64,000 bases of DNA from Candidatus Hydrogenedentota bacterium (lineage in GTDB: Bacteria > Hydrogenedentota > Hydrogenedentia > Hydrogenedentales > JAEUWI01), in NCBI GenBank assembly GCA_034669905.1, contig JAXMOL010000021.1:58315-122314 (forward strand). The letters are read 5' to 3'. Of the stretch, positions 1 to 9,345 are shown in pieces. Within the stretch, counting starts at the first letter, position 1, and each line of letters begins with the position of its first letter. Below the pieces are notes generated by a model. The model did not search any database and was not told the DNA's origin. It saw only the letters and a program-made list of their open reading frames with translations. Made by a program: the position numbers and the translations under genes.

Positions 1-1
1 C

Positions 2-721
2 GCCCCAGAAGGGTACGGGGGACATGGTCGTGTCCGTGGGCTGAAGGAAGTCGTAGAGCCCGAACTTGTTGTTCGCCGAACCTACCTCAATAATCTGGCC
101 CAGTCCGCCGGGCAACTTAAACATGATCACGACCAGACAAATCAGCGCGCCGCCCCACAACACGATGGCCTGGATGAAGTCGGTCCAGATTACGGCACGA
201 ATGCCCCCCAATACGGTGTAGAAAGAGGTAATTATCCCACCAGCCAGGATGGCGACATAGGGATCGATGCCGGTAATGGTTGCCAGGAGGACCGATACGA
301 GGTAGAGGATCATGCTGACCCGAACGACCTGCATGATAATAAAGGCGATGGCGGCGTACATGCGCGTGATGGGGCCAAAACGGGTTTCCAGGTATTCATA
401 GGCCGAAGTTACCCGGGCCCGCCGGAAAAAGGGCAGGAAAAACAGGGCCGCGATGAGGATGGCGATGGGCATGCTGTAGTTGGGGATCATCCGGTACCAG
501 GCGGTCTTGAAGGAGTCACCGGGATAGCCCAGAAAGGCGATGGAACTGATAGAGGTGGCAAACATGGAGAAGCCGATGAGCCAGCCTGGAAAGGAACGAT
601 CCCCGAGGAGGTAGCCTTCCGTGGTCTTTCCCTTGCTGGCGAATAAGGGGCCCAGGGCCGCCATGCCGCCGAAATACAGCACAAGGACTATAATATCAAA
701 CCAAGTAAAATGTTCTGCCAT
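2..721 (-). CDS. Sodium:solute symporter (SSS family), 3' end truncated by the window edge
   Basis: Not in the ORF track. Manual translation from ATG 721: MAEHFTWFDIIVLVLYFGGMAALG...EGYLLGDRSFPGWLIGFSMFATSISSIAFLGYPG...SAYEYLETRFG...YTVLGGIRAVIWTDFIQ, which are SSS signature motifs. Purine-rich RBS upstream. Confidence 0.92.
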   Translation of the reverse strand, partial: MAEHFTWFDIIVLVLYFGGMAALGPLFASKGKTTEGYLLGDRSFPGWLIGFSMFATSISSIAFLGYPGDSFKTAWYRMIPNYSMPIAILIAALFFLPFFRRARVTSAYEYLETRFGPITRMYAAIAFIIMQVVRVSMILYLVSVLLATITGIDPYVAILAGGIITSFYTVLGGIRAVIWTDFIQAIVLWGGALICLVVIMFKLPGGLGQIIEVGSANNKFGLYDFLQPTDTTMSPVPFWG

Positions 722-970
722 TTCTGAACCCTCTCTCCATGAATCAATAAAATGCAGGATAGCATCGTAGCAGCAGGACATGTTTGGATCAAGTTAGCGC
801 GGCGCTGTAGACATTTGATCGAAATTGAAGGGGCATTCGGTGGTTTGGCCCCCACCAACCCGATAAACCGCGGCCTTCGTCGGGCCAATTTTGCGGAATA
901 CGGAAGCCAGGGCGATAGAATTTAATCGCCGTCAGATGCCAGGAGGGCCATGGCCCCGGTTCATTCGCGA

Positions 971-1372
971 TTATTCCGGAGACGGTGAGAGGCGCGCATC
1001 AATGGGGAGCTCCATGGCGGGCGCGGTTACGGGTTTAGAGGGGAGCGGGGGCGCCGTTTGCGGGGCGGGGTGCCCGTAGTTGGCGGCAAGGATGAGCCCC
1101 ACACATCCCAGGAAAAGCAATCCGGCCAAGGCCACGGGAAGGCGACACGCCCAGCGTGCCAGGGTCTTGCGCTCAAAGTGCCGTCCCAGCCACCAGATGA
1201 CGAGGGCCAGGAAGCCTGCGAGGATCTGCCATCCAAAGAAGGAGGTGACCCGATTGAGCCCCCGGGTAAACCCATCGCCGGTCGCTTCCGTTAGAAAGAG
1301 GGAAGCGAAGGACCATAAATAGATGAGGAGCCAGAGCGACAGGAGAATCCAGGCGAGTTTACGAAAGTTCAT
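971..1372 (-). CDS. Small hypothetical membrane protein (3 TM, Pro-rich tail)
   Basis: 133-aa ORF with three hydrophobic segments and the motif TGDGFTRGLNRV. Confidence 0.7.
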   Translation of the reverse strand: MNFRKLAWILLSLWLLIYLWSFASLFLTEATGDGFTRGLNRVTSFFGWQILAGFLALVIWWLGRHFERKTLARWACRLPVALAGLLFLGCVGLILAANYGHPAPQTAPPLPSKPVTAPAMELPIDARLSPSPE

Positions 1373-1402
1373 GAAGGGTTGACTCCTGGAGTAATCCTTT
1401 GC

Positions 1403-2617
1403 CTACTTTTCCCAGATGACACGGGCGAGATAGGTCGCGCCGGTGGCGGGTCCCTTGCGTGCGGCTTCGGTAAATATCCCTTCCGACACGGTGACCCACG
1501 ATTCGTTGGGGCCGACAGACGTTACGCCAAAGTTTCCGAGTCCCGCGCTGCGTTCGGGAACGAGAATTTTCTCGGTAGCACGCATGACCTGCAAGGAGTG
1601 GGGATTGACCTGGGCGATGAAAAGGGGCGCACGGCTGCGAAAGATGTGGTCATTGTCGGCGCCCCGCCGGGTATAGCAGAGAAAGAGGCCGCCCGCAGGC
1701 GCCACCGCCCAATGCTGCTGCGTATTGTAGCTGCCCAGTTCTTCGCCATCGTCGAAGGTCCACGGTTGGATGGGTTCATAATGCAGCCCGTCTTTACTGG
1801 TGGTGACATAGGCACGCTCATCATTACGAATGGTTAGATAGTAGGTTTCGCCCAGTTTTACCAGGGAAGGCTCCACCAGCCCCCGCACCAGGTCAAGCTC
1901 CATTTCGGTGCCATGGCGCAGGTAGCTAAGTTTCTTGCCGTCGAAGGCAAATTGAGCCACCGTGACGGAATGGGGTACCTGCTCGGAGGTGGCATAGTAA
2001 AAGGGCAGCAGCACCGTGCCGTCTTCATGGGTGATCCATTGGGCGCAGGCCGAACGGGCCACGTCGAATTTGTCGTCCGCGGGCATTTCCACCCGCTGCA
2101 GGGGTGTCCACTGCTTAGACTTGGGGTCATACACGGTGTAGGTCGTCTGATGGGCCCGTTTCACATCCGCCAGTTGCAATCCCTCCGGCGAATACCGCAC
2201 CTCGGCGCCCACGTTGAGCACGGTGCCGGTGGGGGCGTGCCAGCCGGGCGTCATGTCCGCCGGGGAGGTATTCACGCCCTTCTCGTCTTTAACCCAGGCC
2301 AATTCCTCGGGAGTCACCGTTTCCGACCAGGTCTTGCCGCCGTCATACGTGGTCTTGTAGCTGAGGCCCGAGTAGTAGTCGGAAACGAAGAGGTGTTTCT
2401 GAAAGGTCATGATGGCCGCCAATTGGCCATCATGCCCCTGCCCGGGCAATTCCGAGGCACGTGGATGGAACCAGAGGTAGTCGCCCCCGTTGTATTCCAT
2501 GATGGTGCTGAGTTCTATGGAAAAGGGAATGACAGGCACCTCGTCAGCGGCTTGGACGGAAAGCCCAGCCACGAGGAGCGCTGTGGTGCCGAGAAGACAA
2601 TGAAGAATTGTACGCAT
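1403..2617 (-). CDS. Secreted BNR/Asp-box sialidase-like beta-propeller protein
   Basis: Signal peptide from ATG 2617 (MRTILHCLLGTTALLVAGLSVQA). Asp boxes TYDGGKTWS and TSKDGLHY; LVEPSLV and SYNTQQHW motifs. Confidence 0.8.
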   Translation of the reverse strand: MRTILHCLLGTTALLVAGLSVQAADEVPVIPFSIELSTIMEYNGGDYLWFHPRASELPGQGHDGQLAAIMTFQKHLFVSDYYSGLSYKTTYDGGKTWSETVTPEELAWVKDEKGVNTSPADMTPGWHAPTGTVLNVGAEVRYSPEGLQLADVKRAHQTTYTVYDPKSKQWTPLQRVEMPADDKFDVARSACAQWITHEDGTVLLPFYYATSEQVPHSVTVAQFAFDGKKLSYLRHGTEMELDLVRGLVEPSLVKLGETYYLTIRNDERAYVTTSKDGLHYEPIQPWTFDDGEELGSYNTQQHWAVAPAGGLFLCYTRRGADNDHIFRSRAPLFIAQVNPHSLQVMRATEKILVPERSAGLGNFGVTSVGPNESWVTVSEGIFTEAARKGPATGATYLARVIWEK

Positions 2618-2841
2618 GGAAATGCCTTTCTGGTAAATCGGATAACCTATCCTAGCACAGGGAGTCTTCGTGATGGAGGCCATAATCGCGTATTCGACTT
2701 CGTTACAATGTTTTCCCGGTGCCCGGAGTCCTTTAGGTCCTCGCGCCCGGGGTGCTTGTGGCACTCGCGGCCCCTTACCTATAATGACGGTTCGTATCAA
2801 AATGACGCGGACCAACCCGTTCGCAGCGGAAGGAATCATCT

Positions 2842-4089
2842 ATGAGCAATTTTAAACTGGGAATCATCGGTGCGGGATTCATCTCGCGTTTTCATGCAAA
2901 GGCCATGCAGTTGGTGCGGGGTGTTGAACTCGCGGGCGTCTACTCGCCCAATAGCGGCCCCAAACTCGCCGCGTTGGCCGCCGAATTGGGCGTGGGGGAA
3001 TGCACGGTCTACGACAGCATCGCCGAACTTTGCAACAACGTAGATGCCGTCTGTATCTTCAGCCCCAACTACACGCGGGTGGACACGATGGGCGCCGTGG
3101 TGGATGCGGTGAAGGCCGGTGCCGCGCTGAAGGGTATCATCATCGAAAAACCCCTGGGTCGCACGGTGGCGGAGGCCCAGACCCTGGTGGACCTCGCACA
3201 AGAAGCGGGCGTTCCCACGGCCTACTTTGAGAATCAGATTCATATGAAGGGTATTCGCGCGGCCCTGGCCCAACTGAAGCCCCAGCAGGAAAGCATGGGC
3301 CCCCTCTCGTTGGCCCGTAGCTCCGAGGAGCATTGCGGGCCCCATGAGCCCTGGTTCTGGGACCCCGTCCGCCAGGGGGGCGGCGTGTTGAGTGATATGG
3401 GCTGTCACAGCATCGCCGTGGGCTGGTATGTCCTCACGCCCTACGGAAAACCCGTAGATTTCCTGAAGCCCATCTCTGTGAGCGCCGACACAAGCCTCTT
3501 GAAATGGGGCACCAGGGAAGGGCGTAAGAATCTAATGGACCGCATGGGTGTCGACTATGCCAAGGCCCCGGCAGAAGATTTCGCCACGGGTATTGTGACC
3601 TTCGAGAACCCGGAGACCGGTCAGCAATCCAAGGCCCAGTTCACCAACTCCTGGATGTATGACAAGCAGGGCATGCGCCTCTTTATGGATGGCATGGGAC
3701 CGGGCTACGCCTTCGAGTTAAATACCCTTCAGACGCCTCTCCAGGTTTTCGTGGGGGATGAGGCGGCCGACGCGGTGGCCGACGCCGAAACGGCCCTTGA
3801 AAAATCGACGGCCACCCGAGGACTACTCACGGTAGAGCCCAACGAAGCCGACCTCTATGGCTATGTAGATGAAATTGAAGACGCGATTCGTTGCTTCTCG
3901 GCGGGCCATGATGCGTTTCTGAATTTTGAGTACGGCCTTGAGATTACCCGTCTTTGCCAGGCGGCCTACATGGCGGCGGAACGGGGCGTGACCCTCGATC
4001 TGCGTGATGCCCAGGTACAGGCCGATTTGAAGACCTACACCTCGCTTATTGCGCAGGGGCGTGGCCGCGAAGTATTGCACGTTCAATAG
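2842..4089 (+). CDS. Gfo/Idh/MocA family NAD(P)-dependent oxidoreductase
   Basis: GIIGAGFIS Rossmann motif, EKP, GGGVLSDMGCH. Confidence 0.9.
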   Translation: MSNFKLGIIGAGFISRFHAKAMQLVRGVELAGVYSPNSGPKLAALAAELGVGECTVYDSIAELCNNVDAVCIFSPNYTRVDTMGAVVDAVKAGAALKGIIIEKPLGRTVAEAQTLVDLAQEAGVPTAYFENQIHMKGIRAALAQLKPQQESMGPLSLARSSEEHCGPHEPWFWDPVRQGGGVLSDMGCHSIAVGWYVLTPYGKPVDFLKPISVSADTSLLKWGTREGRKNLMDRMGVDYAKAPAEDFATGIVTFENPETGQQSKAQFTNSWMYDKQGMRLFMDGMGPGYAFELNTLQTPLQVFVGDEAADAVADAETALEKSTATRGLLTVEPNEADLYGYVDEIEDAIRCFSAGHDAFLNFEYGLEITRLCQAAYMAAERGVTLDLRDAQVQADLKTYTSLIAQGRGREVLHVQ

Positions 4090-4125
4090 TGCCAGCACGG
4101 AAACGGAAGGAGACAAGTACCCGTT

Positions 4126-5364
4126 ATGCATCTTTTCCTGGCAGGCGCGCTTTGTGCCATGGCGTTCACCGCAGCACCGCAGTTTTATGAAGAGCATGTG
4201 TTTCCACCCGAGAAGGTTCACAACCACAGTTCCACGATCGTGGAGACGCCGAATGGCAATCTGCTCGTCGCCTGGTTTCACGGTCGCGGCGAAAAAACGG
4301 ATGACACACTGATCCTTCTCGGTGCCCGGAAAGAAAAGGGTTCCTCTCAATGGAGTCGTCCATTCCTATTGGCGGATAACCCCGGGCTCCCGGATCAGAA
4401 TCCGGTGTTGTTTATCGATCCCCAGGGGAAGCTCTATCTCTGGTGGATTTCTTCGCTGGCCAATACGCGGGAAAGCTTCCTGCTGCAATACCGCACGTCC
4501 ATGGACTACGAGGGACCCGGGGTGCCGGAGTGGGACTGGAATGGAACCATTCTCGAGCAGCCCATAGACCTGGCGGGGACCATGGAAAAGATGGCAGCCG
4601 GTGTGGAGGCCAAATTTGGTGCGCACTTTGACAGCGCGTCAAAATACCGCGAGCGCCTGCAGCACGGCGTCCACATGAGCCAGATTGACAGCACCTACCT
4701 GAGCGAATGGAAGGAGCCGGTCTTCGGCCGCCTCACAGGCATGCTGAGTTGGATGCCCCGTACGCCGCCCATCATGCTGACGGAAAAGCGGATGGCTATT
4801 GGCCTCTACTCGGATCTCTATCTTACTTCCGTGACCGGTTTCACCGAGGACGGCGGTAAAACGTGGGCGTATGGTGCGCCTATGGCGGACTATGGCCTTA
4901 TCCAGCCGGCACTCATCGCGCGGAAGGATGGCACGGTGGTGGCCTACGGCAGAGACAAGAGTCCAAACAAAAAAGTAAGGGTGGCCGAGTCCGACGACGG
5001 CGGTGTGCACTGGAATCGATTTTACGATCTCGCTATTCCGAACCCCGATTCCAGCGTCGCGGTACTCAAGCTGGCCGAGGGGGCCTGGGTCATGATTTGC
5101 AATGACCTCGCGGGCACCGATGGACGTCATGGCCGTTCGCGGCTCAGCGCCTACTTGTCGGAGGACGAAGGGAAGACCTGGCCCGTGCGGCGTGTTATAG
5201 AAGACAGCACGAAAGGCCCGACCTACCGTCCCCACGCTTCTTACCCATCCGCAATTCAGACATCCGACGGGCTGATTCAAGTCACCTACACGTACACGCT
5301 GGATTCCGGGGAATGCATAAAGCGCGTCGCCTTTAACGAAGACTGGGTTCGCGCGGGAAAGTAG
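4126..5364 (+). CDS. Secreted BNR-repeat sialidase-like protein
   Basis: Signal peptide; HSSTIVETPNGNLLVAWF; Asp boxes TEDGGKTW, SDDGGVHW, SEDEGKTW; SYPSAIQTSDG. Confidence 0.85.
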   Translation: MHLFLAGALCAMAFTAAPQFYEEHVFPPEKVHNHSSTIVETPNGNLLVAWFHGRGEKTDDTLILLGARKEKGSSQWSRPFLLADNPGLPDQNPVLFIDPQGKLYLWWISSLANTRESFLLQYRTSMDYEGPGVPEWDWNGTILEQPIDLAGTMEKMAAGVEAKFGAHFDSASKYRERLQHGVHMSQIDSTYLSEWKEPVFGRLTGMLSWMPRTPPIMLTEKRMAIGLYSDLYLTSVTGFTEDGGKTWAYGAPMADYGLIQPALIARKDGTVVAYGRDKSPNKKVRVAESDDGGVHWNRFYDLAIPNPDSSVAVLKLAEGAWVMICNDLAGTDGRHGRSRLSAYLSEDEGKTWPVRRVIEDSTKGPTYRPHASYPSAIQTSDGLIQVTYTYTLDSGECIKRVAFNEDWVRAGK

Positions 5365-5456
5365 GAACAAGGCCAATCGCGCCGTGCTATAGTAGAAAAA
5401 AGGATGTATCCAGATGGTGGATGGATGTGGGTTTAACGGTCGGATTATGAGCGACA

Positions 5457-6194
5457 ATGAAGCTTGAGTTGAACCGAGAAGAAGTCGAGGACGCCATTCA
5501 TCTGGGTGACGTATCGGACCCCTGTCCCTACTTGCCCGGGGAGTCGGCTACCTTTCGTTTCGGGAACGGCTACCTGATTGATGGCCACTACCAGGAGCTG
5601 CTGGATTGGGGCTATCGCCGCAATGGCCGCTATGTGTACCGGCCCGTGTGCAGCCAGTGCCGGGAGTGTTGGGTGATGCGGGTGCCGGTGAAGGAATTTC
5701 GGCGCAGCAAGTCGCAGCGACGCATTTGGAATAAGGGTAAGCGCATCTTTTCCGTGAAGTGGGGGGCACCGTCTTATACCCCCGAAAAGGCGGCCCTCTA
5801 CGCCCGCTACCTGGCCTTTCAGCACGAGACCGAAGAGGCCCCCATGGACCGGGAACGCTACGCCTCGTTCCTGGTGGACAGCTGTCTGGAATACGCAACG
5901 CTTGAATTTCAATACCACATCGGGGACCGCCTTGTTGGCGTTGGCATCGTGGATCGTCTGGAGAATGCCTTGTCGACCGTCTACTTTTATTTTGAGCCGG
6001 ATGCGGCGGAGTACAGTCCGGGCACCTGGTCGGCCCTCTTTGAATTGGAGCTCGCGGCGAAGTGGGGGTTGGATCACTATTATCTGGGCTATTATATCGC
6101 TGCCTGTGACGCGATGAACTACAAAGCGCGCTTCCAGCCTGCGGAGATCAAGCAACCGGACGCCACGATCTGGGAACGGGTTGTGCCGGGATAG
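5457..6194 (+). CDS. Arginyl-tRNA-protein transferase (ATE1)-like / Bpt Asp/Glu leucyltransferase
   Basis: CPYLP, GYRRNG.YVYRPVCSQCREC, SKSQRR, LSTVYFYFEP, YYLGYYI, MNYKARFQP. Confidence 0.9.
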   Translation: MKLELNREEVEDAIHLGDVSDPCPYLPGESATFRFGNGYLIDGHYQELLDWGYRRNGRYVYRPVCSQCRECWVMRVPVKEFRRSKSQRRIWNKGKRIFSVKWGAPSYTPEKAALYARYLAFQHETEEAPMDRERYASFLVDSCLEYATLEFQYHIGDRLVGVGIVDRLENALSTVYFYFEPDAAEYSPGTWSALFELELAAKWGLDHYYLGYYIAACDAMNYKARFQPAEIKQPDATIWERVVPG

Positions 6195-6308
6195 TGGTCC
6201 CGGGATACTCCTCCGGCTCTGCAGGTGGGCCTTCATCAGGCGTGGTATAATCCGTCAACATGGGCTGACGGTCTGGTGGAATATAGACGCTTAGTAACGG
6301 GCGACCAC

Positions 6309-6336
6309 CGTCGTTCCTGCGAAGGCGGGAATCCAG
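6309..6336. repeat. Single REP-like palindromic element (CGTC...TTCCnGCGAAGGCGGGAATCCA type)
   Basis: cgtcgttcctgcgaaggcgggaatccag resembles the GTCATTCCCGCGAAGGCGGGAATCC (dRS3/RPE-like) class; the reverse strand reads LDSRLRRND. Confidence 0.6.
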
Positions 6337-6812
6337 CGTGTGGGCGGTTTGTGTCGCACCACGGGGCCCTTCTAAGGCGCGCGCCCTCATCCCACAGGCG
6401 CTGCGGGTGCCTGCCGATTCCCATAATGAGACAGAAAACTGTCCCATTATGGGACTTGGGACACGTGCGCGGTGGCCGGGTCCGGGTGGTGTTGCGGGCG
6501 GTAGGCCTCTAAGTCGTTCCATATCAGTGCATTGTGGGTGAGATTGCTGATGTGCTGTTTTTTGGCACAGCCATTGCATAACTATTCCCATACGGAATAA
6601 TCTCCGGTGAGGAATGTTGACCCCCAACCGGGAGTCAATGGGTATGGACGCAGGAATGCGGGGGCATTCCTGCGCTCCAGTTCGGGCTGCGGTTCTCGGG
6701 CGGTTGGGGACACGGGTACGGTTTGAACGGACCTCAAACTGCGCCGTACAATGGCCCGTGTCGCCCCAGTGGCCCACAGCTACACCACCAACTGCCCGCA
6801 CCAGGACCCGCT

Positions 6813-9023
6813 ATGCATCGCCTCCGTTTTTTCTGTGCTATCTTTCTGTTTTCTTGCCTGTCAGTCACACCCTCCCTGCAGGCCCAAGAACATCGTCCGG
6901 AACGGGTGGGGCACGCCCTGGAGGCGGTGGATCTCGAAAACCCGCGCGCGACAGTTAAGACGTTCTTTGAGGCGATGCGTGGGTATAAGGCCGGCAATGC
7001 AGCCCGACTCGTTGACGCCACCCAATGCCTTTACCTTGGTGCCGATCTCAGTCCCGAGGAACGGGTCAATGCGGGGAGTCCCCCGGCCCAGACGCTTTTC
7101 GCGGCCCTGGACGGCATTCAATTTGAGATGGATGCCATCGAGGTACCGACTTCTGCCCGAAACCTGGACGTGACGCTGGGGGAGGGGGAAGATCAGTTCG
7201 TCCTCCACCTGCGCCAGTATGATGACGGATTGTGGCGTATCAGTTCTCAGAGTCTGGAGCCATCCTATCTGGCCGCTCTGGACGAGATCATCTCCCGCCG
7301 CAATGACGCGTTGAAGGCGTCCGAGAGCGAATTCGTGCATGGGCTGCGCTCTCCCCGTGAGGCCATAGAGGCCTTTATCAAGGGGATGAATGGGGAGGAC
7401 GGTTTTACCCAGGCGGACGCGATAAACACCCTTGAACTCAGTCATGTGACAGAAGTGGATCGCGCAAGTGTAGGGGCCGGTGCGGCTGCTGATCTCAAGG
7501 CGCTTATCGACCGCATTAAGCTGGTGGAATTTGCAGAGATTCCCCCCGAATCCAACCGGGAAACCTACGTGTTTTTCCAGGACCCCAGTGGTATCGGAAG
7601 CATCGTGCTGGCCCCGGTTCCGGATGATAGAGAGCCCGAGCTGAAGGCATGGCGCTTTACCAAGGGGACACTGGATAGTCTGGAAGACCTGTATTTTCAT
7701 TACAAAGACCGCCCACTGGTTCGGGGGCTGGCGCGCAAGCAAGAGATGCAGCCGCTGGCGAATCGCATTCGCGATTGGACCGGCAACAGCTATCCGGGTT
7801 TGCTCGAGGCCCCCTTCTACCTGAAGAACTACCAGTGGTTGGGGCTCCTTATCCTGGTTTTTCTCGGGGTGTTCATCAGCCGAATTCTGACCTTGCTCAT
7901 TGGGGTGTTTATTCGCTACTGGTTTCGGCGAAAAGGCTATGCCTACGACGCCCGGCTGGAGCGGGATTTTATACGGCCCATTCGTATCGCCCTCATGGCC
8001 TGGGTCTGGCTCTATGGCCTGACGTTACTGGGCTTGAATCCCGATGCGCTCAAGTTGCTCCGCATTGCGGCGTTCTTCGTTACCCTGGTCGGTGCCGTAT
8101 GGGCCGCCTATTGTCTCGTCGACATTATCGGGAAATACATGACCGAAAAGGCCCTGAAATCGGTCAGTAAACACGACGATTTGCTCGTACCGATTGTCGT
8201 GCGCACCTTGAAAATTTTTATCGTGTTGGTGGGGCTCGTTGCGCTGGCCTTCCAGGTGAATAAGAATCCGGCCAGTCTCCTGACGGGATTGGGGCTCGGC
8301 GGTCTTGCCTTCGCGTTGGCGGCCAAAGATGTGGTGGCCAATGTCTTCGGCTCGGTGACGATTCTGAGCGACCGTCCCTTCCGGATTGGGGACTGGGTGA
8401 CCGTTGGAAGTATTGACGGCAGCGTGGAGTCGGTCGGGATTCGAAGTACACGGATCCGCACGTTCTACAACTCGCTCATTACCGTTCCCAATTCTGAGTT
8501 GACCAATGCCCACATCGACAATATGGGGGAGCGGCGCTATCGGCGGGTGAAGACCAATCTGGGCGTGACCTACGACACGCCGCCCGAATCGATCGAAGCC
8601 TTTTGCGAGGGAATCCGGGAGCTTATTCGGGCCCATCCCTACACCCGTAAAGACTACTATCATGTCTACCTCAACGGATTCTCAGAATCCTCACTGGACA
8701 TCCTGCTCTACTGCTTCGTTGAGACACCCGATTGGGGGACGGAGTTGCGGGAGAAGCACCGGCTCTATCTGGATATCATCCGTCTTGCCAAGACCCTCGG
8801 GATCTCATTCGCGTTCCCGACGCAGACACTTTTCATTAATCAGGACACGGCCGAGGACGCCAGTGCCCCACCGAGGAGCCAGGGGCCTGGCCGCGGGGTT
8901 TCGGCGGCACGGGAGCTTATCGCCGACTCGTGGGGGCAAGACTCCGAGTGCCCGCCTCCAGTAACGTTTCACGGCCCCGATGACCTGTCGAGCCGTACGA
9001 TGAAGGACAACGACCATGAATGA
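6813..9023 (+). CDS. MscS-family mechanosensitive channel with a large periplasmic N-terminal domain
   Basis: Signal peptide from ATG 6813; GLGLGGLAFALAAKDVVANVFG, DRPFRIGDWV, GIRSTRIRT, ITVPNS, FAFPTQTL. Confidence 0.92.
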   Translation: MHRLRFFCAIFLFSCLSVTPSLQAQEHRPERVGHALEAVDLENPRATVKTFFEAMRGYKAGNAARLVDATQCLYLGADLSPEERVNAGSPPAQTLFAALDGIQFEMDAIEVPTSARNLDVTLGEGEDQFVLHLRQYDDGLWRISSQSLEPSYLAALDEIISRRNDALKASESEFVHGLRSPREAIEAFIKGMNGEDGFTQADAINTLELSHVTEVDRASVGAGAAADLKALIDRIKLVEFAEIPPESNRETYVFFQDPSGIGSIVLAPVPDDREPELKAWRFTKGTLDSLEDLYFHYKDRPLVRGLARKQEMQPLANRIRDWTGNSYPGLLEAPFYLKNYQWLGLLILVFLGVFISRILTLLIGVFIRYWFRRKGYAYDARLERDFIRPIRIALMAWVWLYGLTLLGLNPDALKLLRIAAFFVTLVGAVWAAYCLVDIIGKYMTEKALKSVSKHDDLLVPIVVRTLKIFIVLVGLVALAFQVNKNPASLLTGLGLGGLAFALAAKDVVANVFGSVTILSDRPFRIGDWVTVGSIDGSVESVGIRSTRIRTFYNSLITVPNSELTNAHIDNMGERRYRRVKTNLGVTYDTPPESIEAFCEGIRELIRAHPYTRKDYYHVYLNGFSESSLDILLYCFVETPDWGTELREKHRLYLDIIRLAKTLGISFAFPTQTLFINQDTAEDASAPPRSQGPGRGVSAARELIADSWGQDSECPPPVTFHGPDDLSSRTMKDNDHE

Positions 9024-9267
9024 ACAAGAGCAATTGGAAGCCCAGTACCGGGCCAATGCGACCCAGGGGGAAGTGCCCCGCGACGATCCCTTCCCGCGCA
9101 TGATCATCGTTTGCGTCGGCATTACCATGTTTTTGTTGATGGTAATATTGGGCTTTCTCTTTGTGGACTTTATCGTCGGCCAATCACGCCAAAATGTGCG
9201 CCCTCCCGCAGGGGTGGTGCAGCCCGCGTCGCCGGTGGCACCCGATGCGGCTGATGCGGCTGAATAG
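9016..9267 (+). CDS. Small single-TM hypothetical protein
   Basis: Overlaps the mscS stop; RBS gaagga; one hydrophobic helix. Confidence 0.7.
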   Translation: MNEQEQLEAQYRANATQGEVPRDDPFPRMIIVCVGITMFLLMVILGFLFVDFIVGQSRQNVRPPAGVVQPASPVAPDAADAAE

Positions 9268-9295
9268 GTGTAAAACCGAGAAAGTCGTTAAACTC

Positions 9296-9324
9296 TTGAC
9301 AAGACTGTGATTTCATGCTAGGTT
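9296..9324 (+). promoter_or_regulatory. Sigma70-type promoter for the kinase pair
   Basis: TTGACA, 17-bp spacer, TAGGTT with an extended TG. Confidence 0.55.
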
Positions 9325-9345
9325 CAGCTATAATACAAGATATAG

